64,000 nucleotides of DNA from Batkoa obscura. Taxonomy: Eukaryota. The stretch covers positions 62,001-126,000 of the forward strand of contig JASVEC010000020.1 in the NCBI GenBank assembly GCA_030770535.1, given 5' to 3'. This document shows, in pieces, positions 15,489-29,402 of the stretch (within the stretch, counting starts at the first letter, position 1; every line of letters begins with the position of its first letter). A model generated the notes under the pieces. That model saw nothing but the letters and a program-made list of their open reading frames with translations. It made no database searches and was not told where the DNA came from. The position numbers and the translations under genes were made by a program.

Positions 15489-17434
15489 TGTTTAATATAT
15501 TAAATTTACTTTAAAGAAAAGCACAAAAAGTGATTTTTAGGTTATTTATACTTTATTTTTTGTATAACTTCAATTAAAACCGAAGCTTTCATTATTTTAT
15601 GGAATTAATGACCTTTAAAAATGATGTCATTTTTTTCAAAATCTTCTTTGATAATCCTATCTAAATATTTAGCTGGGAATTTAATTCGTCAAGTTCTTTT
15701 TATTTAGGTAAGGTTTATCTTTAGTCCCTATACTAAGCAATCAAATCAAAAATATAGTAAAAAGTAAATGTCCGATTTGATTGGCCTGTGTATGCCATAT
15801 TTGCGTTTGTCTAAGGCTTAATATGATAAATGATCCTTTTTATTGGCTATTTTTGTCACTGTTTTATCCCCACTTGATCTTATAGAATATTCTTGTTATA
15901 TTTTCCCCCCTAGTTTGATTAATACCACAGTACTAAAGCGGAAATGTCATTAAATAATATAACACAACAATAAAAAAGAGGCCATGAGATGTTTAATTAA
16001 ACCACATTAACCTATAAAAAACATCAGAATGCTTCTTTATTATAAACTACTTGCCTGAGACAAAATAAACTACATTTTAATTTTAATTTTCAAACTTTAT
16101 ATCTGGAACTTATTTTCCCAAGGCATTTCTATAATTTTTGCTAATTAATTATGTTTAATTAGCTGCCTTTAATTGCCGAGTTTACAAAACCAATCACATA
16201 CATATTTGAATTTGGGTACAGGAAAATTTTATTAAGATAAAAATACAATATTATGCGTCGCCTGATGGTATGAAAATCAAATAGGATGATCGTTGACCCC
16301 TTGAAGTTGAGTGGGCCTACTATTTTTTATAATCTATTATTTAGGATTCGATTTTTAATACACATTAGTACTGAATTATCAATTGAATCCGCTTATCAAA
16401 ATTAAACTGGATTAAATATTACTAATATTTATGAAAATAAACCCAAACTATAAAAGCTGTAAAATAAATTTGTGAAAAACATACTACCACAGGTATGTAT
16501 TTCCTAAAAAGAAGCTTAATACTGGCTCTAAAAACTATAAAATTCTCACACCATAACTTAATTTTCAATAAACCTTAATATCAGGTATAATATACTTTGG
16601 AGCATCGAGCTTTCAAACTATATATAAACTAGTTTCTTTTATTACTTTTAAGTTGTAAGCATTTATTCATTATAGTCAAAGATTTTAAAAAATTATTTAA
16701 GCTTAAAGCTATATATTTTTCTTTCCCATCATAATTTAGCATGCAATAATCAAATAGTAAATATTTAAATAGGTTAAAAAATTAACAGTGTTAATTTATT
16801 AATTTAATATATTAGAGTTTTTTAAATCGTGTTACTTACAACTGTATTTATAAACTTACCCTAATAGATTTTTATTTGAATTTAATAAGTTACAAAAATA
16901 AAATAAAAGATGTTTTTAAACAAGCTAATTTACCAAAATTTATTAAAAGCACGAAACCTTATTTTTTTTATTTTTTAACATACACTAATGATATCTGTAT
17001 TTTACCAAACCTTGATTTTCGGTGTTTATTTACTCATTTATTTATTATTAGAGATAGTCAAGCATTTTAACTTCGTTTATCAACAAATTATTTGATAAAA
17101 TACTACGAATGTATTATTAATTTATTTAATTTATGGATGACTAATTATTATCAAAGTTATAATAGCTTAATCAGAATAAATTTCAAACATGTTAAGTAAA
17201 AAACATTAGTTAACTGGATGTATTTTAATAACGTGGGATTTTTTAAAATATTATAAAACTTAACATTAGATCGATAAGCATTATAACAGGAAAATATATT
17301 TATAACGATATTAGCTTTGAATTTTTATAAAAATTTAGGAGGGGATGGGTTCTCAAGTGGTTCAACTAAAGGTAAAAATAGATAAAAAATAAGGCAGGGG
17401 AGAGTGTTAAAATAACAATGAGAAATTTTGCTTA

Positions 17435-17581
17435 CATTCATAGTTGTGCTCAAACATGTTTCTCTTTTTTGCCTTTATTTAGTAAATTGCGAAAGTAAGT
17501 ATATCAAATAAAGATTCTTTCTTTTGGAGTTTACTAAATGAAGGCAAAAAAGAGAAACATATTTAAGCACAACTATGAGTG
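17435..17581. mobile_element. Fold-back element (~55-60 bp inverted arms, TA-flanked); MITE or hairpin RNA locus
   Basis: CATTCATAGTTGTGCTCAAACATGTTTCTCTTTTTTGCCTTTATTTAGTAAA pairs with 17530-17581 with few mismatches; TA on both sides. Confidence 0.7.
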
Positions 17582-18478
17582 TATAGACTGATTCATTATT
17601 TATTCCATTTACTTCGGTTTTTTTCACAGATAGACTTTTAATAAATTATTAATGAATTGTTAAAGTTTATAATTCTATTTTATATAAATTTAGAAGATAA
17701 ATTCTCGAAATCGCCATATGAAAATTAGACATTAAAGTTACTATATATAACAATATTAGTTGATTCCGCATTTATTGGTTTAGCAATCATAGCATGCTTA
17801 ATATATGTGAATACTTTGCTCCAAACTTTTGTGCACTCTAGGGATTTCAAAATTGAATAAAAAACTTTCAATCTTTTCATAAAACCCACTTAGGATAGCT
17901 TTTGACTTTCAAGGTTTAAAAACCCACTTATATACAAATAAAGTATTCATAAACATTTAAGTCGCCATTTTGTTTTACTATTAAAACTTCGTAATTATTA
18001 GTAACAAGCATTATATATCATTCTAATTAAGATAACTTTTTAGCTAATACACCAGGGTCTAAATATTATGTCTTACAATTTGGTAATTTAAATAAAACAG
18101 GTAATTAATTCAGTTGTTGTAGAAAATAGGCATAATACTTAACTAAATTATTAAAAGCTTATCATCCCCCATATGTAGAGGCTTTTTATGTATTTTCCTT
18201 TAGAAATAATAGTTTTGAGATACTAAAGATTATATTTATAGTACTTGTTGAACTTTCAGTAATTTCTACTCTATAGAAATATTAAGAACAAAAATTATTT
18301 TTAAATAATAATCCAGCATGGTACAGTAATAAATTAATACTATAGGCTAAATTTGATTTGAAAATAAGTCAATTGTCAATAGTTATTTGTTTACTTTTTA
18401 CTTATTTAATTGGACATTAGATTTTCGAACAATAATTGTTATACAAAATAGTTTATCGCTTTATTTGTTTTTAGTTTT

Positions 18479-20242
18479 ATGAACCAGGGGAATAACACTG
18501 AATTAAAAAGAAGAGGCCACAGATGCGACCAATGCTGTAAAAGCCATAGTAAATGTGACAGGTTGTTACCTGAGTGTTCAAGGTGCATAAAAAAAAACCT
18601 AAAGTGTACTCTTAATAGAAAAATTGTATATAATAAAGATGAGGATACTGAATATAAGCCAAGGAGAAAGTCAACTCCATCTAAACCTAAAATTAGCTCA
18701 AAGGACGATATGCTTTATGTAAACGAAAATGTCTCAAGCTTGAGACAGCATTATTCGGAAGAGGTTAAGTATCGGTTATTAAAGCTACCGAATAATTATA
18801 ATTTCTCATATAATACTTTAGGGCTTTTTAACCAATTTCAAAGAAAGTCTTTATTAGAGAATTTGTTGAATTTTATCCAAAATCCATCCCCTTTTTTTCC
18901 TAGCAAAGGTTTAAACCTTTTTATTATATTAACTGATAAACTAGGCTTATTAACTTATAAGCCTAAAAAGACTACTTTTATATTTGAACTGATACCAAAA
19001 GGAACAAAAACCAATGTTGGAACCATTTTGAAACAAGCTTTGGCAAACTATTTTAAATTTGTTAATAAGGCCTTCCCTTTGTTTGATGAAATAAGATTTG
19101 ATTTTCTAGCATGTTCTTTTAACTTGAAATCAGCAATTCTTTTGAGTGGACTTTTATATATGGAGCAAACTGAAATTGTCAAAAATTTGATAAAGTATTT
19201 TGAAGGGAAGCTTTATAACCTTGTCAGTAATGTTCCTAGAATCAAGTCTAATTTAGAGAACATACAGATCATACTCATATTAATTGGTGGTATACCTTAC
19301 TTTCCATGGATTAATAGTCTCAAAGAATTTCTTCTATTTCATTGTTATAGAATATCATTTATTATAGGTTTGAATCAATCTCCAAAAAAAGTATCTAAGA
19401 AGGCTAATATAGAACGTGTTTATACTTATTGTGTCTTGAATTTGTATTACAATGGAATGTTATTGCTTTTTGGAACCTATGTAGCCGAACCCACTTTCCC
19501 TTTAATGATTAAAAGACTAGATAAGCACTACACGCATAAGTACCAGAATCAATTAGATTTTAATAGAAATAGTGTATATGTACAAAAACATTGTTTTTTA
19601 AAGTTACAAGAATTTTATTATATATCGAGTACTATATTTTTTGATTTGCGAATTATTAAAGAGAGAAGTACAAGGGAGAAGGAAGATCAATTAAAACTTC
19701 AAGGCATTTTGAAGAAAATTTCATTTAAAATATTTGCAGTTAAAGAGAGATATGTTGGCATAATGGAGGATATTTTATTGAAAATAAAAGATCGAAGCTT
19801 AAAAACAATCCTCAATGATTACCAAAATAGTATTGCTTACTTTTTTCAACATATCAACTTTTGTATTCATTCTATTCAGTTTAATATATCCAAAGAAAAG
19901 AAACTTTATGAAATGAATGAATATGGAGTTGATACAAATATGTATACAGATAGACCAACTCGTATTAAAACTATCCTCAAACAGTGCTATTCAGTAATCG
20001 ATAGCACTATCGCAAATAACCATAAATACACTCTTACTCTTGATTGTCCAATTGTCTCTACATGCTTAGTTTTTATTATACGATATGGAGGATATACAGA
20101 AGAGAATATAAGGTATATTTACAAAGGAAAGGGATTTTTAAAATCATTATTAGGTACTCCTTCTGCTTTGAGGATATGCGGAATCAATTTAAAACTGATT
20201 GAAATTATCATTAAATCTTTAAATAATATCAAAATAAAGTAA
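18479..20242 (+). CDS. Zn(II)2Cys6 fungal transcription factor
   Basis: CDQCCKSHSKCDRLLPECSRCIKKNLKC and a YFKFVN..FPLFD middle-homology region. Confidence 0.9.
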   Translation: MNQGNNTELKRRGHRCDQCCKSHSKCDRLLPECSRCIKKNLKCTLNRKIVYNKDEDTEYKPRRKSTPSKPKISSKDDMLYVNENVSSLRQHYSEEVKYRLLKLPNNYNFSYNTLGLFNQFQRKSLLENLLNFIQNPSPFFPSKGLNLFIILTDKLGLLTYKPKKTTFIFELIPKGTKTNVGTILKQALANYFKFVNKAFPLFDEIRFDFLACSFNLKSAILLSGLLYMEQTEIVKNLIKYFEGKLYNLVSNVPRIKSNLENIQIILILIGGIPYFPWINSLKEFLLFHCYRISFIIGLNQSPKKVSKKANIERVYTYCVLNLYYNGMLLLFGTYVAEPTFPLMIKRLDKHYTHKYQNQLDFNRNSVYVQKHCFLKLQEFYYISSTIFFDLRIIKERSTREKEDQLKLQGILKKISFKIFAVKERYVGIMEDILLKIKDRSLKTILNDYQNSIAYFFQHINFCIHSIQFNISKEKKLYEMNEYGVDTNMYTDRPTRIKTILKQCYSVIDSTIANNHKYTLTLDCPIVSTCLVFIIRYGGYTEENIRYIYKGKGFLKSLLGTPSALRICGINLKLIEIIIKSLNNIKIK

Positions 20243-20942
20243 TACTAAAGTTGAGTAATTTATATGATTGTTTTTTTGTATAATAAACAATTTGTAGTTA
20301 TTTTGATTTTGGTTTATTATTGTCAATTGTAATAAGTGTCATTTTCGTACTATTTCCAAGTGTTAGACTCTTTTATATAACTTGATCACTCTATTTAAAT
20401 GACAGTCATTACTCACTTTTGTTGATACTGTATATATAGGGGCATTTTTTAATATCCGTGAGAGTTTTTTGCTTTTTAGGTTTAGAAAGTGGATAAAATA
20501 CTTTATGAAAATAACATTTTCAGTCATTTGATTCAAGGATATAAGGTGGCGTTATTTTGGTATTTAAAGTAATGTTTCTTTTATATTTATTGCAACCGTC
20601 GTATATAAATTTACTAGACTGTTCCTGATTATTTATAATAAATAAGCAGCTATATAACAACTTACAAATAGCTTTTACTTTTGGTAACTAGTAGAGAATA
20701 ATCTTATATATTAATATAAGCCAATTATATAATAAATATATTCATTCAAACTATCTAAACTCCAGTTCAAAGCATTAATTAAATAATGCTTTGGATTTAG
20801 CGTTTTACTTTTCAAGTTTTGAAAAAAAGCGATACTCTATAGTCCTCAATTCAAATTTGGTTTATTTTTACCTATTTAGGCTACAAAAGAGCTATAAAAT
20901 GGAACAATAAAATTGTTACTTTTTACTTTTTAAATTCAAACT

Positions 20943-22390
20943 ATGACAATTCCAACAAAAGCGATAGCTTCTGCATCTATTATTTCTGCTTATTTGCTTT
21001 ATGTAGTAAGTAAGAAAAGCGATTTTTTACCCTGGTATACCAGACTATTTGGGATGTTTAAGCCAAATTACAAAATAAAGGGTGACGTCAATGAAGAATT
21101 TAAGACTGTTGAAGAAGTTTTTAGCAAAGGGTTCACAAACGGAGAAGAAGTAGGCTCTTCAGTTTCTGTTTACTCTAATGGTAAGCTCGTAGTTGAGTTA
21201 TATGGTGGGTTTGCGGATTTTGAAAGCGGAGAAGAATATACTTCAAATACTCTTAATTTGGTATACTCTAGTTCAAAGTTTATGGTAACAGTCATATATA
21301 TACATAAAAAATAGAACTATATATTCATAGACTAACTGTGTAATGGCGAGATTGGTAGATCAGGGATTGTTGACTTATGACCAAAAAGTAGTTGAAATTT
21401 GGCCTGAATTTGGTAAAGGTGGAAAAGAAAAGGTGACTATATCAGATGTACTAAAACATGAAGCTGGAGTACCTTATTTCGATGATCCTCAACCATCTTT
21501 AGAAGAGGTATATGATCATAAAAAATTAAAACTAGCTTTGGAAAACCAAAAACATGTATTTGATGGAGAAAGGGTTCGGTGCTATCATGGTGCTACTAGA
21601 GGTTTGATATTAAATGAAATAGTTCGCTTAGTTGACCTTCAACATCGATCAATTGGACAAATTTATAAACAAGAAATAAACAAAGAATTCGATATCGAAT
21701 TTTATCTTGGATTAAATAACATTCAATTAGAAAGAAAAGCTAAGTGGTACATGCCACCTATAGTAGATGTCTTGGCCGCAGCTTTTTTGCCTAAGAAATT
21801 GATCGGTGATAAAGCTATTAAAATTGATAAAAGAACAGGCGGAAATGACTCAAATGTGAGCAAAATTGCTAAATTTAAATACTCCAAAGATCAAGATGTA
21901 TCGAATGCAACGGATTGGCACAAGATTGAGCTACCAAGTGTAAATGGGTTTACCAATTCAAAATCGGTAACTTATGTTTATTATTAATCGCAATTTATTA
22001 AATATGTTTATAACCTTTTAGTTAGCTAAAATGGGGGCATTTTTTGCAAATCATGGTAAGTTTGATGATAAGGTATTCATATCCGAGAAGACTTTTAAAA
22101 ATTCTATAAGCGAGCCAACAAAGGCTTTAGATCAAGCTGTTTATTTAGACTTTGTTTTAACTAAAGGAGGATTTGGTATATTTATTTTTGATGAGCTTAA
22201 GGATGAAAAAGGCGAAAATATACCCTTCTATGGTTGGGGTGGTTTTGGTGGCTCAATGGTCCTTTTTAGTCCAGATTATAACTTTTCTTTTGCATATGTT
22301 ACAAATGGATGTCAATATGAAATGTTTGGAGAAGGAAGAGCTTCTAAGCTTATTGTACCAGCTTTTAAAAATCATTTGAAAGCTATATAA
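20943..22390 (+). CDS. Serine beta-lactamase-fold hydrolase (family VIII esterase-like), 3 exons
   Basis: YSSSK (SxxK), IWPEFG..GK, LKHEAG, CYHG and YGWGGFGGS; hydrophobic N-terminus. Confidence 0.9.
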
Positions 22391-22599
22391 TTTAAATTTA
22401 TAATTCATTATCACCTACTTAAATTCAGTTCTATTTTATTTTATTTTATTTTAAAGATGACAAAATAGTTCTCTATACAGTATTTCTAATAAAAATAGGT
22501 ATATTTTAAAAAGAAATAATGAAGTTAGTAAAACATTACATTTCAAAAACTACATATAACACAGATTCTTTAATTACATGAAGATAATATATAAAATGG

Positions 22600-24053
22600 C
22601 TAATTAATTTGTAATATTTCAGAATGTACTTTAAAAGCTTCAATAAAAAGACGATGGGCTCTACCTTCAAAAAAAGTATTAAAATGTTGAGCATTCATAA
22701 CATAACTAAAAGCAAAGTTATGTTCTAGATTAAATAGCACCATTGAGCCGCCTGCTCCAAACCAACCATAAAATTCACTATTTTCAAATCTTTCACCAAA
22801 TTCGGGATACTTAAATACACCAAAACCTCCTTGACTCATTGTAGTTTCCATTTGAATAGCATGGTCAAAGCGTGATACTTTTCCATTAATAGATGAAAGT
22901 ACACCATTTTCACTCATTAATTTAACCCCATCAATACTTCCTTTATTAGCTAAACATGCTGCTGCTTTAGCTAACTAACAATAAATCAATATCGTTTAAA
23001 ATAGTAAATAAGAATAACTTACAGAATTTGAATTGGTAAATCCATTTGAAGAAGGAGCTTCAAGATCTGAAAAGTAATGTGAATTTTCAATATCTTTACC
23101 ATAACCCAGCTTAAACTTCATGATTTTAGAAAGCATAGAATCTTTACCTAAGAGTTTAGGATTAAATGTATACTTTTTATCACCTAATAAAGCTTTTGGT
23201 AGAAAAAATACAGAGAACAAGTCAACTATTGGATAAGTATACCATTTAGAACGTCTATCTTGTAATTCTTTACTTAATCCTAAATGAAATTCATTATTTA
23301 ATAATAAATTAAGTTCATTTTCATGAATCATTCCAATACTATATCCTTTTGGATGGACTCTTCTTACGATTTCATTTAAAATAAAGCCTCGTGTAATGGC
23401 ATGATAAGCACGTTCTGGTTTACCATCAAAATGATGTTTTTCATTTTCAAGGAAAGTTCTCATTTTAACTGGATTTTTTGCATCATCATATGTTGGGTTT
23501 TCTTCTTCAAAATATGGAATACCAGCATCATGTCTTAATACATCTCCAATAGTTACATTCTCTTTATTATTCTTTCCAAATTCTGGCCAATATTTAGTAA
23601 CTTTGTCATTATAATTAAGTAAACCTTGATCAACTAATCTACTAACAACTAAAGCTGTCTGTCAAAATAAAGTATTAAAATAAAGTATTAAAATAAAATA
23701 TAATTACATACCATAAACTTAGTACTTGAATAAACAGTAGAAAATGTATTTTCAGTGAAGGGGATCTTTTTTTCAAAGATTTGATAACCACCATAACTAT
23801 CCACTACTTTATTACCATTAGAGTAAACAGTAACTGAAGCACCTACTTCTCTTCCTTGCTCAAAATTATCTTTGAATATTTCCATCATTTTTTCATAACC
23901 TTTATCATAGTCCAATTGAAATGGATATTCTGGACGAAATAAGCTGAAGTATTTAGTATACCAAGGACTAAATTCATCTTTTTTACAAATTCTACTAAAT
24001 AGGTAAGCTGCACCTACACTTACGCCTAATACTGTTGCTGTTAAACTATTCAT
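22600..24053 (-). CDS. Serine beta-lactamase-fold hydrolase, 3 exons (intact paralog)
   Basis: YSSTK, YWPEFGK, LRHDAG, AYHA and YGWFGAGGS. Confidence 0.9.
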
Positions 24054-24570
24054 TGTTTTTTATAATTTAATGATTTTGATGACTAGCATTGTTTTTATAC
24101 TTTTGCTTTTAGTCAACTTACCTTTTTTGGATTTCGGACCAACTCAAAATTTAATTGCTGCTCAAATCGCTATTCCAAATGAACTACCATTTTTAAATAT
24201 AAAAGTTTTTTTAAGCCATGAAGATTTTTCGAAAAAAACGCGAATTTAAATATTTGAAGCAGTTTTAATTTTCCCTACTTAAATATAAACATTACTCAAA
24301 TAGCAACCTTTTTAAAGGGTCAAAAATTATGGAAAAAGATTCTAAAAGCGCAACTTAAATTAAACTATCAAAATGATTTAAGTCTCAATGTCCTTAGGAT
24401 TTGGTCTATTTACTATTTTTATTTATCTATTACTTATAATACTAAAATATTTCAAAAACTTTTATCTTTTTAAATACTTCTTAAATGATTGGCTTTACTA
24501 TAGTGAAATCTGATTAGTTCATAATTTTTATAAATTAGGGTCAAAAAATCAAAAAAATTCTATAAAGATT

Positions 24571-26230
24571 ATGGTATATCAAACACGATCAAAAGTAAAC
24601 AATAGCAATGGTAAAACAAGGGAAACTAAAGTAGAAAAAAGTATCCAAACTAAAGCAGAAAAGAAAGTAAAAAGTATAAAGAGAGGGAAGAGAAGTCAAA
24701 AAGAAGAGAATGGAAAAGTAGAAGTTAAAAAGAAAAGGGTTGGCAGAAAGAAAAAAATAGAGGTTGAAGCTGAAGTTGAAGTTGAAGATATATATTCATT
24801 AGCCAAAAAGATGTTTGATAGAGGGAATAGTAAAAGTTATGATATAAGTGAGATAGTAGGTAGAGAAGACGAGATTAAAGAACTTGAAGCTTTTTGGAAG
24901 AATACAGCATTGAATAAAAAGGCAGATTCATTATATGTATGTGGTCAACCTGGCACAGGTAAATCGGCTATGATTAAAGCATTTTTTAACCAAGACGCTA
25001 TTAAAAAATGTAGAGATTATTTGGTTTTAAATGTCAATTGTGTCAGTTTAGGAAAGAATCACTTTTTTGAACGAATCATTGAATTATTAAAAATTGAAGA
25101 TGAGGAAGCAGATAATAAAGCTGAAGTTTTATTTGATGAGTATACAACTAATAAGCGCAACCCGCAGTTGTAAGTTATAATTTATTATATATTTTTATAA
25201 AACCAACCCTGTTATTGTAGAGTTTTAATATTAGATGAGATTGATTATTTACTGAATGAAAAGAATGCTGAATTAATGTATAAAATATTTTCTTATGTTT
25301 ACAAGAAGAAATCAAAATTAGTATTGATTGGGATTGCTAATGATCTAACTTTAACTGAAACTTCATTGCCAAGATTAAGAACAAGAGGATGTAAGCTTTG
25401 AGTTATTTATATATATTTATGTTTAACTATTTATAATAGTTTCACCAAATGTTATTAGATTTCAGCCATACACTGTTGAAAAAATGATAAAGATCGTTAA
25501 TCAATTGATGATTCCAATTGAAAAAACATATATAGATAGCATAAATAACAATGATACAGATGACAATAATATAAACAGCAATAGCGTTAGTGGTAACAAG
25601 TCGAAATTTTTTGATCCTAAAGCTATTGAGCTTTTGTGTCGTAAAGTTTCAGTTAGTTCTGGAGATCTAAGAAAAGTATTAGACTGCTGTAAACAAGCCA
25701 TTAACGTAGCATCATTAGAATTTTTAATGTCAGATAATACTAAGATTGTGAATATAAGCACAGCCCATATCTTAAAAGCATTAGCACCTACATCTACACC
25801 ACCACTAATTCAATCATTAAAGAATTTACCAATGAATTCTCAACTGATATTAATAGCAGCATTGAATTTAGCTGGAAGTAGTAATCAGTATTTTAGTATT
25901 ACGAGAGTAAGTGTTTGTCATTATTATATATCATGGCTAATAAATTATACTTAGTTATTTGAGGAGTATATTAGAATATGTAAATGTGATGATTTATTTA
26001 ATCCAGTAAGTAAAAGTGAGTTTAATGATTTAGTTAATAGCCTAGAAAGTATGAACTTTTTAAAAAACAAAAAGGAAAAGAGAGGAAAAAACAACAAAAT
26101 CATTATTTCAGGTTGGAGTAATGAATTAGGAATCGCTGGTTTTTCTATTGGATTAAGAGATGCCCTGCTTACCATTGATCTTATTAAGCATTTAATAAAT
26201 CCAGAAATTCAACCTCGGAATATTGAATGA
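24571..26230 (+). CDS. CDC6: Cell division control protein 6 (4 exons)
   Basis: GREDE, LYVCGQPGTGKS Walker A, ILDEIDYL Walker B, LIGIAN.L, F.PY, SGDLRK.LD and a winged-helix tail. Confidence 0.9.
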
Positions 26231-26533
26231 ATATCTCCTATCATATGGAGGTCAATCACTCTTAGATTTCTTCACTCTCCTTTAGCATAGTGCTTCTGGC
26301 TGAATGAATTCAAAGCCTTTCAGTCTTTAGTCTTAATAAAGATTCAGTAAATTAGATTGATAGTAAACAGATTATAAACTTCATGAACTTTTTTAAAAAT
26401 GTAAACAAAATAAAAACATTATCATTTAAAGTAGCGATTTATATAGTAATAGTTATAACCACCTACGAAGTAATGGATAGTTACCATACATAATAGCGCT
26501 CATACTAGTAACCTGCGCACAATCGAATATCAT

Positions 26534-27509
26534 TTAAGCTTTTGGGCAATCATTGCGAATATGGCCAGATTCCTGTAAATATAAGTATATAAACTAAACA
26601 CTTTAAAAACAAATAATTACTCCACAATTGTAACAAGCCTTGGAAGCTGGTTGTTGGCAATCTTTTGAAATATGTCCGTTTTTCTAAGTTTAATTTAGTA
26701 CCATTGTAGAACTAGTTATTACATTTAATTACCCCACAGTTATAGCATTTTGCTTCGTTTGAGCATTCACGAGAGGTATGACCGCGTTCACCACAAGTGT
26801 AGCATGTCTGAATAAAATTTAAAAAATTAAAAAAACTAAATAATAGTATTCAGTTACCTTAGAACTACCATAACCTCCAGAGTTTCTGCAGTCACGGGAA
26901 ATGTGACCAGTTTTACCGCACTGAAATGAATTTATAAGTTACAATTTCAATGATTTGTTTTAACTTACATTATAACATTCAACACCACCTCTTTCTCTTC
27001 TATTACCAGTTGAATCTTCAGCTTTAGGACAGTCCCTTGCTAAATGGCCGCTTTCTCCACACTGTTATCCAGGTTAAAATAAATATCAAGCAAAAATAGT
27101 GAAAATTTTACTTTGTAACAGTTTTTAGAACCTGTACCTGAACGGCTGTTGTTGGCTTTGTCATTGGGTTCTGTACATTCACGAGACTAAATAAAAACAA
27201 ATGGATTATTATTAATAATAGTAAAATATTAGTAGTAACATACAATATGACCAGTTTGGTTACAGTTGTAACATGTTTTTTCAGCAGCTTCTTCAACACA
27301 GTCTCTGCTTAAATGTCCAGTTTGGTTGCAGTTATAACTATTTATTATTTAATATTCTTTCTTTTTAACTATCTATTAATTATTTTACCATCTTTGTCCT
27401 TTAGTACAATCTCTGGCTTGATGGCCAGCTAAAAAAGGGATTAGTATAAAATAAATTGATCTAAACACAGCTACTTACTTTCACCACAAGAATAACATGA
27501 ACGATTCAT
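26534..27509 (-). CDS. CCHC zinc-knuckle nucleic-acid binding protein (GIS2/CNBP/Byr3-like), 9 exons
   Basis: Manual splicing yields eight CX2CX4HX4C knuckles. Not captured by the ORF track. Confidence 0.9.
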
Positions 27510-28337
27510 TTCAATAAACTTTAAATATAATTAAAAGTACTTTTTTATAAAGTTGTAAAATCCGAGGTTTTAATTTCTTTTTTAAGCTAGTTGAAAGCTT
27601 ACTATTTATCTCCAATTAAAACTCACACTGTCAAAACTAGAGCTGTTTATTGGCGCTTGGAGCTTTGATCTCACTTTCTGCACTATATTTTTGTAACTTT
27701 TAGCTTATCTTTAGATTGATTGGTAATTCCTACTTTTGGTCATTCTTTCTAATGATTTTATTTCTATTTCTTTAATTTTGGGGTAAGCCAAATTATTATG
27801 GGAGCTTATTTTGTAATTCATTATAAATCACTGTAAAAATTATTCTATTTTGGATATTGTAATTTATAAGATTATCATTTTCAAAATCATACGTTAATCT
27901 AATAGAATTAATAGCGTACACTATTTTTTAAATGCGATTCCCGTTTTTTTTTCACGGTACTTTCTAAAGCTTGTAGTATATGTAGCTTTATTAAAAATGT
28001 CATATTATATCATATTATATCATAGTATATCGTAGTATATCATCTCAGTTTTAACTGTATAGTATTGGTTCAAAAACTTAATTCTGATTTTATTCAATTC
28101 TGGTTTTAGCAGAAATTATTGCAACTAGATACCAAATACTACAAAATACCTTTTTGCTTAATTTTAATAGCTCATATTGGAACGTTTTTAGTTTTAAATA
28201 GCTTATTTAAAATTTTACGCTACATGAAAATGAACAAAAAGCGAATTGGAAAATTTCACTTAATTTTAGCTGAGCTTTTAAACTGACCCAAATATTTTGA
28301 TACTAGGATACAAAGATACCTTTTTATTTCAGCATTT

Positions 28338-28436
28338 GGGGATGTTTTTTTTGGCTTCATTACTTTTTCCACCTTCCAAGCGCTATTTAAGCGGAAAAAT
28401 TGTTAGTAAAATTGTTAGACACAAAAATACATTCCC
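28338..28436 (-). mobile_element. MITE copy
   Basis: Family match with ATTT/ATTT flanks. Confidence 0.9.
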
Positions 28437-29402
28437 ATTTGTTTAGTTATTTGTTATTTTTATGCTTCCAAAAAGTGAGCAAATTATTGAAATGAAAAGG
28501 TACCCTTGTAATGAACTTTTGATGAAAAACATACCAACACATACAGCTATTTTGTTTAAAATTGCAGAATTTAGCTTTGGTTTGTGCTATTTTAAACGTA
28601 CACCCTATTTAGAAAGCTGTCCTCTACTTTCAGTTGGATCTTACTTTTGATGCTTTTTTCTGTTATGTTTTATGTTATAATAAATTGTTGCAAAAAATGT
28701 TAAATCCTTATAAAGAAAGAATTGAATTTAAATTAATTAATGGTCTTTATTTGTTAACTCATTCAATATATTAATACTAGACAATTAAATTGAAGTCTGT
28801 TATATTAGCGATAGATCATATTTAGTTTAATAACACTCTTTCTTATTAGATATATGATTACATAGATAATTGAACACTGAGTTTACTCTGATGATTTTGT
28901 ATATATATACTTCTTCAATTAAGTCGTAAGTTAACTACAAAATTATCATTTCCATTCTTTATTACACAATTATAGTACCCACTACAATACAAATAAATTC
29001 ATAAATCTACTTAGGTTGGTTTATTGATTATTATATTAGTTGCTTGGTACCTAATGTCTCATGTATTAAAGCAATTCTGATATGGTGAATAATCTAACCA
29101 ATAATAATATTTATCTCTTTTATCGTTTTCAATTCTATAATTAATTGAATATAAGATTAAGTGTTATAATAAATCTATTCAATATAAAGCTCTTTGATTT
29201 ATTGCATTTTGTTTGACAAAAACGGATCAAAGATAAAACATTAGAACAAAATCTTCAGATAACAAAGTATAACTTTCTGTCAAAATGATATTCTTTTATT
29301 AATTATAGATAATGGTGCGATTTACCTTTTAAAAAAAGAATTCAAATAAAAAAATTGAGATCTAAATTCAATAAGCACTTTTATTAGATTGTTAAACAAA
29401 TA

